DNA of 64,000 nucleotides from Guillardia theta CCMP2712 (taxonomy: Eukaryota; Protista; Cryptophyta): the NCBI RefSeq assembly GCF_000315625.1, contig NW_005434673.1:596601-660600 (forward strand), in the 5' to 3' direction. Below, one piece after another: positions 53,090 to 64,000 of this stretch. Each line of letters begins with the position of its first letter. The stretch's first letter is position 1. The position numbers and the translations under genes are program-made. Below the pieces are notes generated by a model. That model saw only the letters and a program-made list of their open reading frames with translations, was not told where the DNA came from and did not search any database.

Positions 53090-56000
53090 TTAATTCCTTG
53101 AGAAATGAAGAAGCTTTGACGGAAACGACCATCGTGACCTGGATGTGGTTGGATCTTGCTGAGAGGTCGGTGTCTCAGTCGCTGAAGACACTTTCCTAGA
53201 GTCTCGAGTGGCAATCTTGTCCGGGCAGATGGCTTCGCTCACGGACAGGAGTAGGTCGCGGTTACGTACATAGCCTTGAGTGTCGTCTTTCCTGCTGGGA
53301 GTGGAGCTTGCAGTTAGAGCCTGCGGCCAGACGTCAGTGAGGCCTGGAAGCTCAGAGGTGCGCGATTACGCTCTCTGTCCTCTTCGCCGAGGTGATCACG
53401 CCAGCTTCCAGCACCCTGTCCTCGAGAAGCAGCGATATGCTCCACTGGAAGCATGCTCATCCATGGAAGACTCACCGCTGTCTCACCTGTCGCAACGTGC
53501 CGTTCTTAGTGCAGGACCAGACGCTGACAGCGTCCTAAGAAGCGATGAGGAGCTTGAAACGCCGACAGTCAGCATAGTATACCTTGACCATGCAGAGGAC
53601 CGAGGTTTTGTGCGCCTGTACAGACCGGAACAGTTCGATCCTATCGGCTACCACACTCCAAATGCGGAAGTGACCGTCTGAGTGGCCCGTCCACACCATG
53701 CCGCTGCTCCCCTTTCAGGCCTCACCCCAAGCGCCACCTCTTGCTCACCCTGCCTCGACCGCACACTTGACGGCCCCTGCTCCCGACGCCCATGACTGTC
53801 TGCTGCCATGAATGTCCCACACCTACTCGCGTCACCTCGTAGGAGCGAGAGGGAGCAGACGATCACCTGAACGGAGCCGTTCTTGTGCCCTGTCAGCACT
53901 CCCCCGTCGGGCAGGCGGAGCATGCAGGTCACGGCTCCTGATCCCCGTTCGAGCGCCCTCACCTCATTCGCATCATGCTCCTTGCTCCTCGTCAGCCCAC
54001 GGCATCGCCTCCCTCCTCTCACCGGCGGGCTGGTCTTCGTCTTCCAGATATAAATCTCTCCGCTGTCGCTGCCGCTCCACATCTCACTCCCCACGAGCAG
54101 CAGGCATCGCACGGCTCCTTCATGCCGACGTGATTTGGCGCTTCTCTGCTCCGACCTCTCGCTGGAGCTCTCCAGTGCCGTCCGCTGAGGGAGCACCCAG
54201 ATGCTCCCCGACGCAGTTCCCACCCAGACCTCGTCCTCCACCTGCACACGTCGTCACACGCACTCCCCTCCTTCCCCTCCTCTTCTCTCCTCCCCTCCTC
54301 ACCTGAGCCAGGCAAAGAATCGGCGACCTGACGGCTGGCGCGAGCTCTAGCTCGCGCAGCACAGCCACGTTCTCAGCTCCCCAGATGCGAATCTTCCCGT
54401 CCGAGTGAGCCGTCCACACAAACCTCTGCTCACAACGAAGGCTCTGCATCCTTGATGCAGAGATCTGCGGAGGAGGGGAGGAGGGGAGAGGAAGGCAAAA
54501 GAGAAAAGTGCACATCAAGACAAGGGAGCAGAGAAGACAGAGTCAGGAGAGAAGGAAACAAAGAAAATCTACCTGGCTGCCATCTCCCCCGACCTCGAGG
54601 ATGGCTCTAGTGACGCCGAAAGTGAGATGAACCGTCTGAAGCAGCCGACGCGCGTCCGCGTCGTAGATTCGCATCACTTTTGACCCACACCACAGCCGCC
54701 GATCCGTTCCCATGAAGATACATCTCATTTCCGACCTGTTCGGCCAGTTACTATCCTCCCGCTCCGTCCCTCGCTCCCTCTTCTCTCCTGCTCCCCTCTC
54801 TGCCTCCCTCGCCACCTCCCTGCTGCTCTGCCATAGTTGATAAGCTGGTTCTTACCTATCACCGCGTAGGATACGGCGAGACCACAGAGGAGGCTCGTTG
54901 TTGAGAGCTTCGATAGGTGCAAGGTGCTGAAGGGCTCAGTAAGTGAGCCGCCTGACAGGGAAGAAGAGCAGGAACAACAGGAGGGGGAGGTGGAGGAGAA
55001 GAAGGGGGAGAAGGATAAGGAGGAGACCTTCTGCAACTTGTTCATCACATGCGCGAGCTCGGCCTCATGTGCCTCGAACTCGGCTGTGGTGGAGCGAGTG
55101 AACAGCCAGGACCACAACCTGCTGAAGCCCCTCCTCCCCTGCCGTCGAAGGACCTCCAGGCTGTTCTCAAGGCTGTCCCTATAGGGCAGTGAGCCTTCCC
55201 CTCTCCTCTCCGACCTCCCCTGATGTCACCTCATGTCCATCACCGAGTGACGTAGAGAGTCACTGTCTGTGCTCTCCTGCGTTGCAGTCAACATCTCCAA
55301 CGGTCATTCGCTTCCTCGTCATATCTCTTCATCCCTCTGACTTCAATCTTTCTTCCTCTGCTCTTCTCTCGACCCTTCTGAATGACGACTCCTTCCCATC
55401 GACGTCTCTTGCTCTCCTCGTCTTCTAGTCCTCGTTGCTCCTCTTTCTCACCTGCTTGAGCAGTTTCTCCAGAGGGATCTTCGCTCTTCTCATCTTCTGC
55501 GACAGGCTGAAGCATTTTTGTCGATTGGAGTTGACGCTCTGCACGAGGCTGTGGGCCTGCGAGGAGGATGAGGAGGAGCGAGAAAACGCTGCTGCTGACC
55601 TGCTCGATAATGCCCAGGGCCTGCTGTACGTCCCTCACCACATGCTCAGCCAGCGAGTGTTTCGCTCCTCCCACGTTGTTTGCGCTTTCTCCTAGCCCTG
55701 TTACAGCTGGGAAGGACTTGTCGGGGTGGACTTCCTCGTCGTCTGCATGATGGTGAGGACGGTTGCTCGCAGTGAGGTGTGGTGACCTTCACTGCTGTCC
55801 TCAGACATGCTCTCCTCCTCCTTGTCGCTCTCCTTCCTTCCACCCGTCCTGCCTGGCGCCATCTCTGCTCTCGGCTCCAATGCAGTCTGCATTGCCTGAG
55901 CATCTTGGTCATCGCCACGACCCTTCGCTGGCCTTCTGCGAAACGAAGTTTTGACATCTCCGAGCGAGATGGCGGAGGGATCTAGCGAGTTGAGTGAGTT

Positions 56001-57860
56001 GGAGCAGAGAGAGGAAGAGAAGGCGAGGAGGAAAGGAGAAACAACAAGTGCAGACACGAGAGCAGCAGGTGCAGTCAGTTGTGGCAGAGGAACATCATTC
56101 AACCGGATCCTGCGCCTCCCAGCCGTTGCTTCTGGTCCAGCACAGCCTAGTGGAGGTTCAAGTCATCACGGGCCTGGAGGAAGCAAGGCTGACCTCTTCT
56201 ACTAGCCGATGCTTCAGCAGCTCGTCGACGCTTGGCCGCTTAGAAGGATCTCTCGCAAAGCAAGCATCGAGAAAATCTGAGCAGTCTTTGGACACCCAAG
56301 CCTACGCACAATCATCACCTCCTCTCCACATACAACCCCTTGCTGACCCGTCCACTACACCTCCTTTCTCTATCCTCCGCTCTCCTCCCCCATCCCCATC
56401 CGCTCTCCACTCCTATCCTCTCCTTTGTTCCAATCTCATGCCTCGTTGTTCTTACCGGAGTTCGAGGACGCGCTGAGTCGCGCATCGCGACATGGAACAT
56501 GACAGCTTCGTTGGTGCTGAACTCAGGCCTACAACCCCTCAGCCTCGTTCTCCTCCAGCTGACCCTCACCAAGGTCGTTGTCCCGTGCACATCTCGACGA
56601 CAGTGCAGCCTACGGACCAGACGTCTGCCTTCTCAGAGTAGCCGCGACCCTGCTGGGAGATGAGAAGCAATGCAGAAGAAGAGGAAAAGGAGCAGAGAAC
56701 AGGAGAGGTTGGGCAGAGCAGAAGAGCAGAAGAAGGGAGCGGGGCAGGGGGGCAAGGAGGGGAAGGGGAGAAGAGGAGAGGAGGGGGGGGGAGGAGGAGC
56801 AGAACGCTCATGTCTCCTCACCTGATTTCTCAAAACCTCCGGCGCCATGAACTGTGGAGTTCCTCTGCGAGTCAAAGCTATCAACCATCTTTTGGCAGAA
56901 GCAAACAGGAAGACAAGGGAGTAGAAGAAAGGGAGCAGAGATACTTGAGAGTTGTCGTCAATGCAACTTCTCCGTAGAGCTCTTTACTGCAACCGAAGTC
57001 CGACAGCTTGCATATCCCGGCATGATCAACGAGGATGTTCTGTCCTTTGATGTCTCGATGTAGAATCTTGTTCGCATGAAGGTATTGCAGACCCTGATGA
57101 ACAGCTTGAGATCGTGAAGAGGAGCGGGTCATGTATGAACCACAATGTAAACCAAAGTGAGGGGGTCGCGAAAGCTCATCACCTGCAGTATTTCTCGGGT
57201 GTATCCTCGTACGATCGGCTCTTTGAACTTCCCGTACTTGCTGAGCATGGAAGTGATCGACCCTCCAGGCACCTTGCGACGAGATAAGCAACGCCCACAC
57301 CCTCCCTCCCCTCCCCGTCTCCCTCCTCCATCCCCCCTTCCTCCTCCTGCTTCTCCCCACGTCTCCTCCTTACAAGTTCGAGGAATATCGTGAGCTCCTT
57401 GGCCGTTCGCTCGGTTCCAAGGTACTGGTAGGGGAGGACAGACGTCAGGCTGCATCTTCAACCCCAGCGAGCACCTGGACGATGTTGGGATGCCATAGCT
57501 TTTTCATCACCTCCACCTCTCGCTCTATCTCTGCCTGCGCTGCCTGAGCTCGCTCATCCTCTCCCTTGCGCAAGGGAACAATCTTCGCCGCACAGATCGT
57601 CCCGTCGTCGTTGAGACACTCGTACACGCGGCCATAGCCTCCTTCTCCAAGGAGCTCTCCTCTTGTCCAAGGCATTGCAAAAGGCTTCCCGCTAAGGCGA
57701 GGAAGGAAGTGAGAGGGGGTACCTGCGACGATCAGCTTCTCCTCGCCCTCCTCGCCCTCCTCCTCGCCCTCCTCCTCGCCCTCCTCCTCGCCCTCCTCCG
57801 TCGTCCCGCCCCGCCTCCATATCTCAGAGTTGCTGTCGTCCTCAAATTGCGGGCCTGAGG
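53090..57860 (-). CDS. STE11/NPK1-type MAP3K with downstream WD40-like beta-propeller (probable single gene; ends uncertain)
   Basis: [63 protein letters not shown]. Then [51 protein letters not shown]. Confidence 0.8.
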
Positions 57861-58084
57861 CAGCAACAAGGATCTAGTGAGCTAATAGGAGAATCAAAGA
57901 AAGACAGCAAAAAGAGAACAAACATGGTGAGACGATGCGAAAGAGGGAGCGAGGGAGCGAGGGAGCGAGGGAGGGAGGGACGGAGGGAGCGAGGGAGGGA
58001 GGGAGGGAGAGAGAGAAGGGAGAGAAGGGAGAAAGGTGAGTTGAGCATGAGCTTGCTCAGGGGAGTTGGTTTGGAGGGATTCAG

Positions 58085-60398
58085 ATGGTCTTGTCATCGA
58101 TTCTTCTCCTCCCTCTCAATGTGCTCTCTATTCTTGTTCCTTTTGTCTTGGACGTCTTCCTAGCAAGGTCAGCAGGCTGACATGCCTCTCGTCGTCTGAC
58201 ACCCTCATTAGCGTTGGATGTTACAAGAACCTCGCCGACAAGATGAAGACCGACCTTGACAGCAGCATCGTTGAGGCTGACTCCTTGATAAGCGTCATCG
58301 TCCCGGTGATTGTGAGAGCTCTTGTCGCTGGAGATCTCACAGGAGCTTGCAAGGCGTACAGGGAGGTAGACTCGGCTGTTAGAGCCATCCGACATGCCCG
58401 CGCTGTTGCTGACGATGCATCGAACATTGAGTTTGTGAGCATAACAGCCTGCATGACAGGAATCCTGACTTGCCTGCCAGGTTGTCGCAGCAGCAGATGA
58501 TGAAACTTTTGATAAGTTGGTGATACACTATAACAAGAATGACAACAACAATGATAACAATAACAACAACATGTCTTCAGTTTCGTTGGTCAAGTGAGAG
58601 GTTTTGCGAGCTCATGCGTTTTCTCAGATGCGTGCAGGAGTCAATGTGGTCGGTCAGCTGCTCTCAATGCAGGAGCGAGAAACGCCCGAGGAGAAGTCTT
58701 GCTATTCTTGCATGCAGATTGTTTGCTTCCAAGGTTTTGCAACATCCCCTTCCTCCTTCTCTCCGCAACAATTCCTCTTTCCCTTCCTCAACATTTTTCT
58801 CTCCCACCTTCTCCCCTCACCCCCTCATTCTCTTCCCCTCACCCCTCATTCTGCTACCATCTCCTTCTCTCGTGGCTGAAACAATGTGAAGCCGGTGGGA
58901 CATGGAGGCTCGAAGATCTTTGCGGAAGAGAAGCACCATAGCCGGCGCCTTCTCCTTCGACGTGGACTGCGAAGGTCTGGACCCTCCGACGGGACTTGAA
59001 GGGATGAAGGAGATGGCGCGGATCCGAAGCAAGTACCTGCAGCTTCCTTACGGCGATCAGGTGGAGCAGGAAAAAGAGAAAGGGGGCGGGCAGGGGTGGG
59101 GGGAGGGAGGGAGGGAGGGAGGGAGGGAGGGAGGGAGGGAGGGCTGGAGGGAGGGAGGGAGGGAGGGAGGGAGGGAGGGAGGGAGGGGGGGGGGGAGGGA
59201 GGGTGATAAGCTTTGTTTCAGGCTTCAACGGCTACTGGTCTCCTCGGCTATTCTGCGTCCCTTCCTCAATCTTTCCATACACTCGGGCGCTCTGGATGTC
59301 GCTTGGATTTACGACCAACGAGGACGAGGTCCGCAAAGGCATCCCCTACTGCATCAAGGAATGAATCGAGCGCCGAGAGGATCTCTTTGTCACAGGGAGT
59401 CTGGGAACACGGTACGTGACCGTGAAGACGTTCCAAAACGCTTCGGGTGCCGGGTTGAGGTAGNNNNNNNNNNNNNNNNNNNNNNNNNNNNNNNNNNNNN
59501 NNNNNNNNNNNNNNNNNNNNNNNNNNNNNNNNNNNNNNNNNNNNNNNNNNNNNNNNNNNNNNNACTGCCCGTCTTGCCGGGTGACCTCTGACGTGGCACT
59601 CGCGCCCGGCACGCTCGTCTTCCTGTTTCTTGAGTAAGGCCACTTGCTAAGGCCAAGAGCCTTGCACGCGTTCTTGAGGGCGGTCAGAGAAATCCCCTGC
59701 ACAGCTCCGTCATGAACAAGCGCGAGGGAGGGAGAGAGGGGATAGAGGGAGGGAGAGAGAGAGGGATAGAGGGATAGAGGGATAGAGGGATAGAGGGAGG
59801 GAGGAGGAGGGAGGGAGGGAGGGAGGGAGGGAGGGAGGGAGGGAGGGAGGGAGGGAGGGAGGGAGGGAGGGAGGGTGGGAGGGAGGGAGGGAGGGTGATA
59901 AGCAGTGGCAGGCGCTCTTCATCTCGCGCTGTCGCTTTTGGTCATTGAGAGGCTTTCCCGACATGCCCCTCATGGAGGTCGCTCGATTTGTGTATGTGGC
60001 GGTGACGCTCAGCAGGATTATGCGCTTGTTACGTCGCTGCGCCGCATCTGCCTGCATGAAACGCTGAGGAAACTTGGAAGTGTCATGGCCATCTCGATGC
60101 ATGAAAGTTGAAGGTCAGGTGCTGGAACCCCATGCGCATCGACATCTTGCAAGCCAAGACCAAGTGCTCAGTTCGTCGATGGCGATCCAAGGTGAACAAT
60201 CTGAAGATGAGCTCATCAGGCTCATGTGTCAACAGGGAGTTGCAACAGTCACGCTAGTCAATCAGGTCGCTTGTTGTGCCTCCTTTCACTCCCTTTACGC
60301 TCCTCAAGATCGTGGTGATCATGTACTTTTACTTTTGGATCAGCCCTCCCACGTTGTACGCCCTGTACTATGGTAGAAGACTACCAGATAAAGTCTGA
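58085..60398 (+). CDS. GT2 glycosyltransferase, TIGR04283-like, with N-terminal hydrophobic anchor
   Basis: ISVIVPAYRE, GRSAALNAGARNARGEVLLFLHADCLLP, AGAF, LPYGDQ|ALFISR, GFPDMPLMED, SVRRW..KG..TLVNQ. Stop at 60396-60398. Confidence 0.85.
59266..59696 (-). pseudogene. Orphan 3' part of an RWP-RK transcription-factor gene nested in a GT2 intron
   Basis: cag|GISLTALKNACKALGLSKWPYSR is the C-terminal half of an RWP-RK domain. No upstream exon was found, and a gap interrupts it. Confidence 0.65.
59464..59563. other. Assembly gap (100 N)
   Basis: N run. Confidence 1.
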
Positions 60399-60780
60399 CG
60401 TGAATGTACTATGGTAGAAGACGAACAGATAAAGTGAATGTACTATGGTAGAAGACGAACAGATAAAGTGAATGTACTATGGTAGAAGACGAACAGATAA
60501 AGTGAATGTACTATGGTAGAAGACGAACAGATAAAGTGAATGTACTATGGTAGAAGACGAACAGATAAAGTGAATGTACTATGGTAGAAGACGAACAGAT
60601 AAAGTGAATGTACTATGGTAGAAGACGAACAGATAAAGTGAATGTACTATGGTAGAAGACGAACAGATAAAGTGAATGTACTATGGCAGAAGACGAACAG
60701 ATAAAGTGAAAAATGTACTATGGTAGAAGACTAACAGATAAAGTGAATGTACTATGGTAGAAGACGAACAGCCAAAGTCT
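60364..60780. repeat. 34-bp minisatellite (GTGAATGTACTATGGTAGAAGACGAACAGATAAA), 11 copies plus a progenitor copy in the GT2 CDS
   Basis: Head-to-tail units from 60400 to 60776 with no spacers and only a few variants. Confidence 0.97.
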
Positions 60781-63700
60781 AACTTGAAGTCTGCGTGTCC
60801 TGCGAGCCGAGCAGCATGGAGGAGCGCATATAATCGCCGTCCACCTCAGTCATCCATGAACTTGACACGTTTCCTTGGCTCGGGAGAGAGCCATGGGGAG
60901 ACGTTGATGGATTTGCCTTGACAGATACAAGCGAAGAACGAGGAGACTGCGTGGAGATGTGATAGAGAGAAGGCATAGTTTGACGCGTCGCAGCTGCGCT
61001 TCTGGTTGCTTCATCATCCTTGCAGATCAGTTCTTCTGTGTAGCTCTTGCTCTGCTGCATCAACCCGACTTGCGTTCTTGTGCTCTCCTCGCTCGATACT
61101 CTTTCTGTATGCTTGGCCGGCAACTCCAGAGGCACATCGCCACGTGTGAGGGCGACGACCTGTCGCTGATAGCTCTGCTTCATGGTCTCGAAGTTTGACA
61201 GACAGCGAGCAACCTCCATCCAGCTTGCGGTAGAAGCGACGTCATGCGTGAGCTCATCCGTCTTGTGCTCTAACGTCTGCATACCAGCGGCAAGAGCTTG
61301 GAAGTGCTTGCTCAACTTCTCTCGTCCCAACCGAATCGTCTCTTCTCTGACCGCACGATCAAGAAGAGTCTTCTCCTCTTGCCTTGCTTTGATTAGTTGC
61401 ACGTCTCGTCTTTGATCTGAGATCTGCCTCTCTGCCATCTGTTTGTCCAGCAACAGGTGCTGGGCTCGTTGCCGGAGGAGGTTGACTTGACTGTCCATGC
61501 GGTCCCAAAGGTCCTGATGCTCGCGGGTGGAGGCGTCGAGGTACTCGATCCTCGCGAGCTCGCGGTAGAAGAGCTCGGCGAGCTCGATGTCAAGCTCTTC
61601 GACGCTCTGATGCACCCGAACGATGTCCTTCTTGGTCGCTTCCAGGTGCTGCAGCAGATTTCTTGCCGCCATGATGGCTGAGTCTCTTTCCTGACAAGCC
61701 TCAGTTACCTTGCTCGACAGGTGCTCCAGCATCTCATCCGATCTCGCCGTGTCTCTTTGTTTGCTCTCGAGACTGATCTTGAGCTCCTCGATTCTTCTCT
61801 TTCGGTCTTCGACTTCTCCCTGGAGCCTTCTACACTTATCAGACTCTCGTGAACTACTCGCACACTCCTCAACTTGCGCTTGCATTTTGTTCATCTCGGA
61901 TTCCAAGGCAGCCACTTTCTCCCGCAGTTTGACTCCACTGACTTGCATCATCGAAGTTCGTTCAATCCACTTACGTTGGTTCTCCTGCAGATCAGCTTCT
62001 TTTCTCTGAATTTCTTCATGCAAAGCAAGCAGGTTGGTAGATGTTTCCCGCTGCAAACACAGATGTCAATTCTGAATAGCGCTCGTCCAAGGAATTACAA
62101 TTTTGAGTTGTGAATTCTTGGATTCAGCTTCCAAGGTCATGATAACACTTTCGTTTTCCTTACAGACATTCCTGATGTTCTCTAATCTTCTGCACACTTC
62201 AAGTCGTTCACTTTCAGCAGACTGCAACTGGAAAACAAGGTCTGAATATGAGCTTTCTTGAGATCTGAACTGCGAGAGCGTGTCTTGTCCTTTGGATTGA
62301 TTTCGTTTCGACTGTAGCTTATTCATTAAAACACCTATTTCCTTTTCAAGGGAATCCTTTTTATCTTGATGGAGAATACCGTCAGAATGGATAGGAGTCT
62401 TCAAAGCATGTCACGATGGAGATGTGACTAACCTGATGTGTTTTCGTTTCCTGGCGAATCCAAGAAATGTCTCGAGCTCTCGATCTTGTGCATGACGTGG
62501 AGTCGGTGCTCATTTTCCTGCTTGACTTGAGCATCTAGACCTTCACAGACCTGCTGCTCGTTCTCCACCCTGCGCATGACCTGAAAGAGCAGAGCGAATG
62601 ATTGAAGAGCAGGATGACGCGCGCGGACCTGACTGAGAGAAACTTCTATTCGCGTGAGAGCCTCATGGTGTTTTCTTGTCTGCTTGTGAAACATGAGACA
62701 AGGATGTTCTCCTACGTCTCTGACCTTCTCTTTTCCTGCTCCTTCTCTCGCAATCCTTTGCAGCTCATCTCTCAGAGCGGTCTATGTCAACAAGTCACGA
62801 CATGACACTGAGCGTCACATCCCCTGGACCTGGTAAGACTTCTGCTCGACGATCAGGTTGCTGGTCATCTTGATCTCATTCTGTGCGGTGCTATGCCTTA
62901 TCTGACAAGTTTTTGACGCCAAGTCATGTTATCTTTCAATCGCTGCCAACAATGTTCACCTCTAGGCTTTGCAACTCTTGGGATGCAGACAGCTTGCTCT
63001 GACAGTCAGAGGAAGGATGTGAGTGACATGGCAAGAGAGATCATGTTGGGGAACTTCACATTGTCAATCATAGAGCGGATTTCTTCCATCTCTCTCTCGA
63101 TATCCCTTAAAGCTGTTCGCAGACCCTAACAGCAACGTTCATTCCCACCATCGGTGAAAGATCAAATATCACATTGAGCTTGGATAGACCGTTTCTGTTA
63201 TCGATCTCTAAAAACAAAAGAGCATCTCCGCGGATCAATTCAGTCTTGTACTGCACTAGAAAGCAGCAACAATATTGACAACTGTTCACGTAATGTTTGA
63301 AGCGTAAGTGAGCAAACCTTGGGATTGCTTTCTCTTGAGCGTCAAGACAACTCTAGTCCCTCGAGGTCCGACTATCATCGTCTGAAGCTGCAATGCAAGA
63401 ATGTCAGAAGTTGAGAGAAACATGATGCAACACGCATCACCAGCGCCAACTTGATCCCTCTTGTACTCTTTCCATCTACCTCTACAAGGATGTCGCCTTC
63501 CTGTGGTGACGTGTGAGCCCAGGCCTGCTTTGTTGTGCTGACCTGAATGACTCCGTCTCTCTCAGCTGCTCCCCCGCGATTCAGACTCATCACTTGCAAC
63601 TGATCATGTACATGTGAGGTCCTTGAACCGTCACACAGAGCGACTGCTGAGCACCTCTCTGGAGCTGTTGTACTGGATCTTCATTCCTATGCCGCTTCCT

Positions 63701-63980
63701 GTGCATGCACCGTGAGGCTTTTCACAGGCGAATGTGCCCATGCAACCTCTAGGCAACGAAGGGGAAGCTCCTCTCGCGTGGACTCCATACCCACCGAAGT
63801 TCTGTGGAAGCAAACTTGAGCACAGCAAGCCAAGGTGGAGGAGGGAGTCTGGGGTCAGACCTGTACGAAGTGAGAGGCTTGATGGGTTCGGAGGCTGCCG
63901 CTGGAGGAGGAGGAGGAGAAGAGTCGAGCATCTCGCGCTACCGCCTCATAGCTCATGTACAGGTCTGCCGGCGCCGACAT
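60779..63980 (-). CDS. PDZ domain + long coiled-coil protein
   Basis: SGIGMKI...VMSLNRGGAAERDGVIQEGDILVEVDGKSTRG at 63440-63700, followed by coiled-coil exons including the 425-aa ORF 60779-62056. The start may lie outside the window. Confidence 0.8.
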
Positions 63981-64000
63981 GTTCCCCCTCCTCTCTGCAG

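Noticed and set aside
53280-53681. 133-aa plus-strand ORF
   Set aside because: It is an antisense shadow of WD40 exons ([13 protein letters not shown]) on the minus strand.
60400-60776. CRISPR-like array (34-bp repeat)
   Set aside because: Units are head-to-tail with no unique spacers, there are no cas genes, and the context is eukaryotic.

Overview
Eukaryotic nuclear DNA. It is gene-dense, with many short (~45-55 nt) spliceosomal introns, intronic purine/pyrimidine microsatellites and three 100-N scaffold gaps. Bipartite signal+Phe plastid presequences and an RWP-RK 'KWPY' exon suggest a secondary-plastid alga, most likely a cryptophyte such as Guillardia theta (inference, not a database result). 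Manual splicing supports about 25 genes. These include an F-box/RCC1 protein, plastid HisRS, a C8orf82/UPF0598 homolog, mitochondrial glutamate dehydrogenase, an Asteroid-type XPG nuclease, two PDZ-coiled-coil proteins and two cNMP-domain proteins. Also present are a secreted FkbM methyltransferase, a Cdc15/SepA-like kinase, a SETD7-like MORN-SET protein, a signal-peptide-bearing OGT (GT41), a thylakoid-lumen TPR protein, a MAP3K followed by WD40 exons and a TIGR04283-like GT2. No tRNA, rRNA, CRISPR array or transposase was recognised. The most notable oddities are: an orphan RWP-RK exon inside a GT2 intron between duplicated junctions; a 34-bp minisatellite copied from that gene's last codons; a secretory-pathway OGT; animal-like SETD7 and antenna-type GDH; frequent GC-AG introns; and a palindromic element in a divergent promoter. 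Gene ends are hand-derived and approximate.
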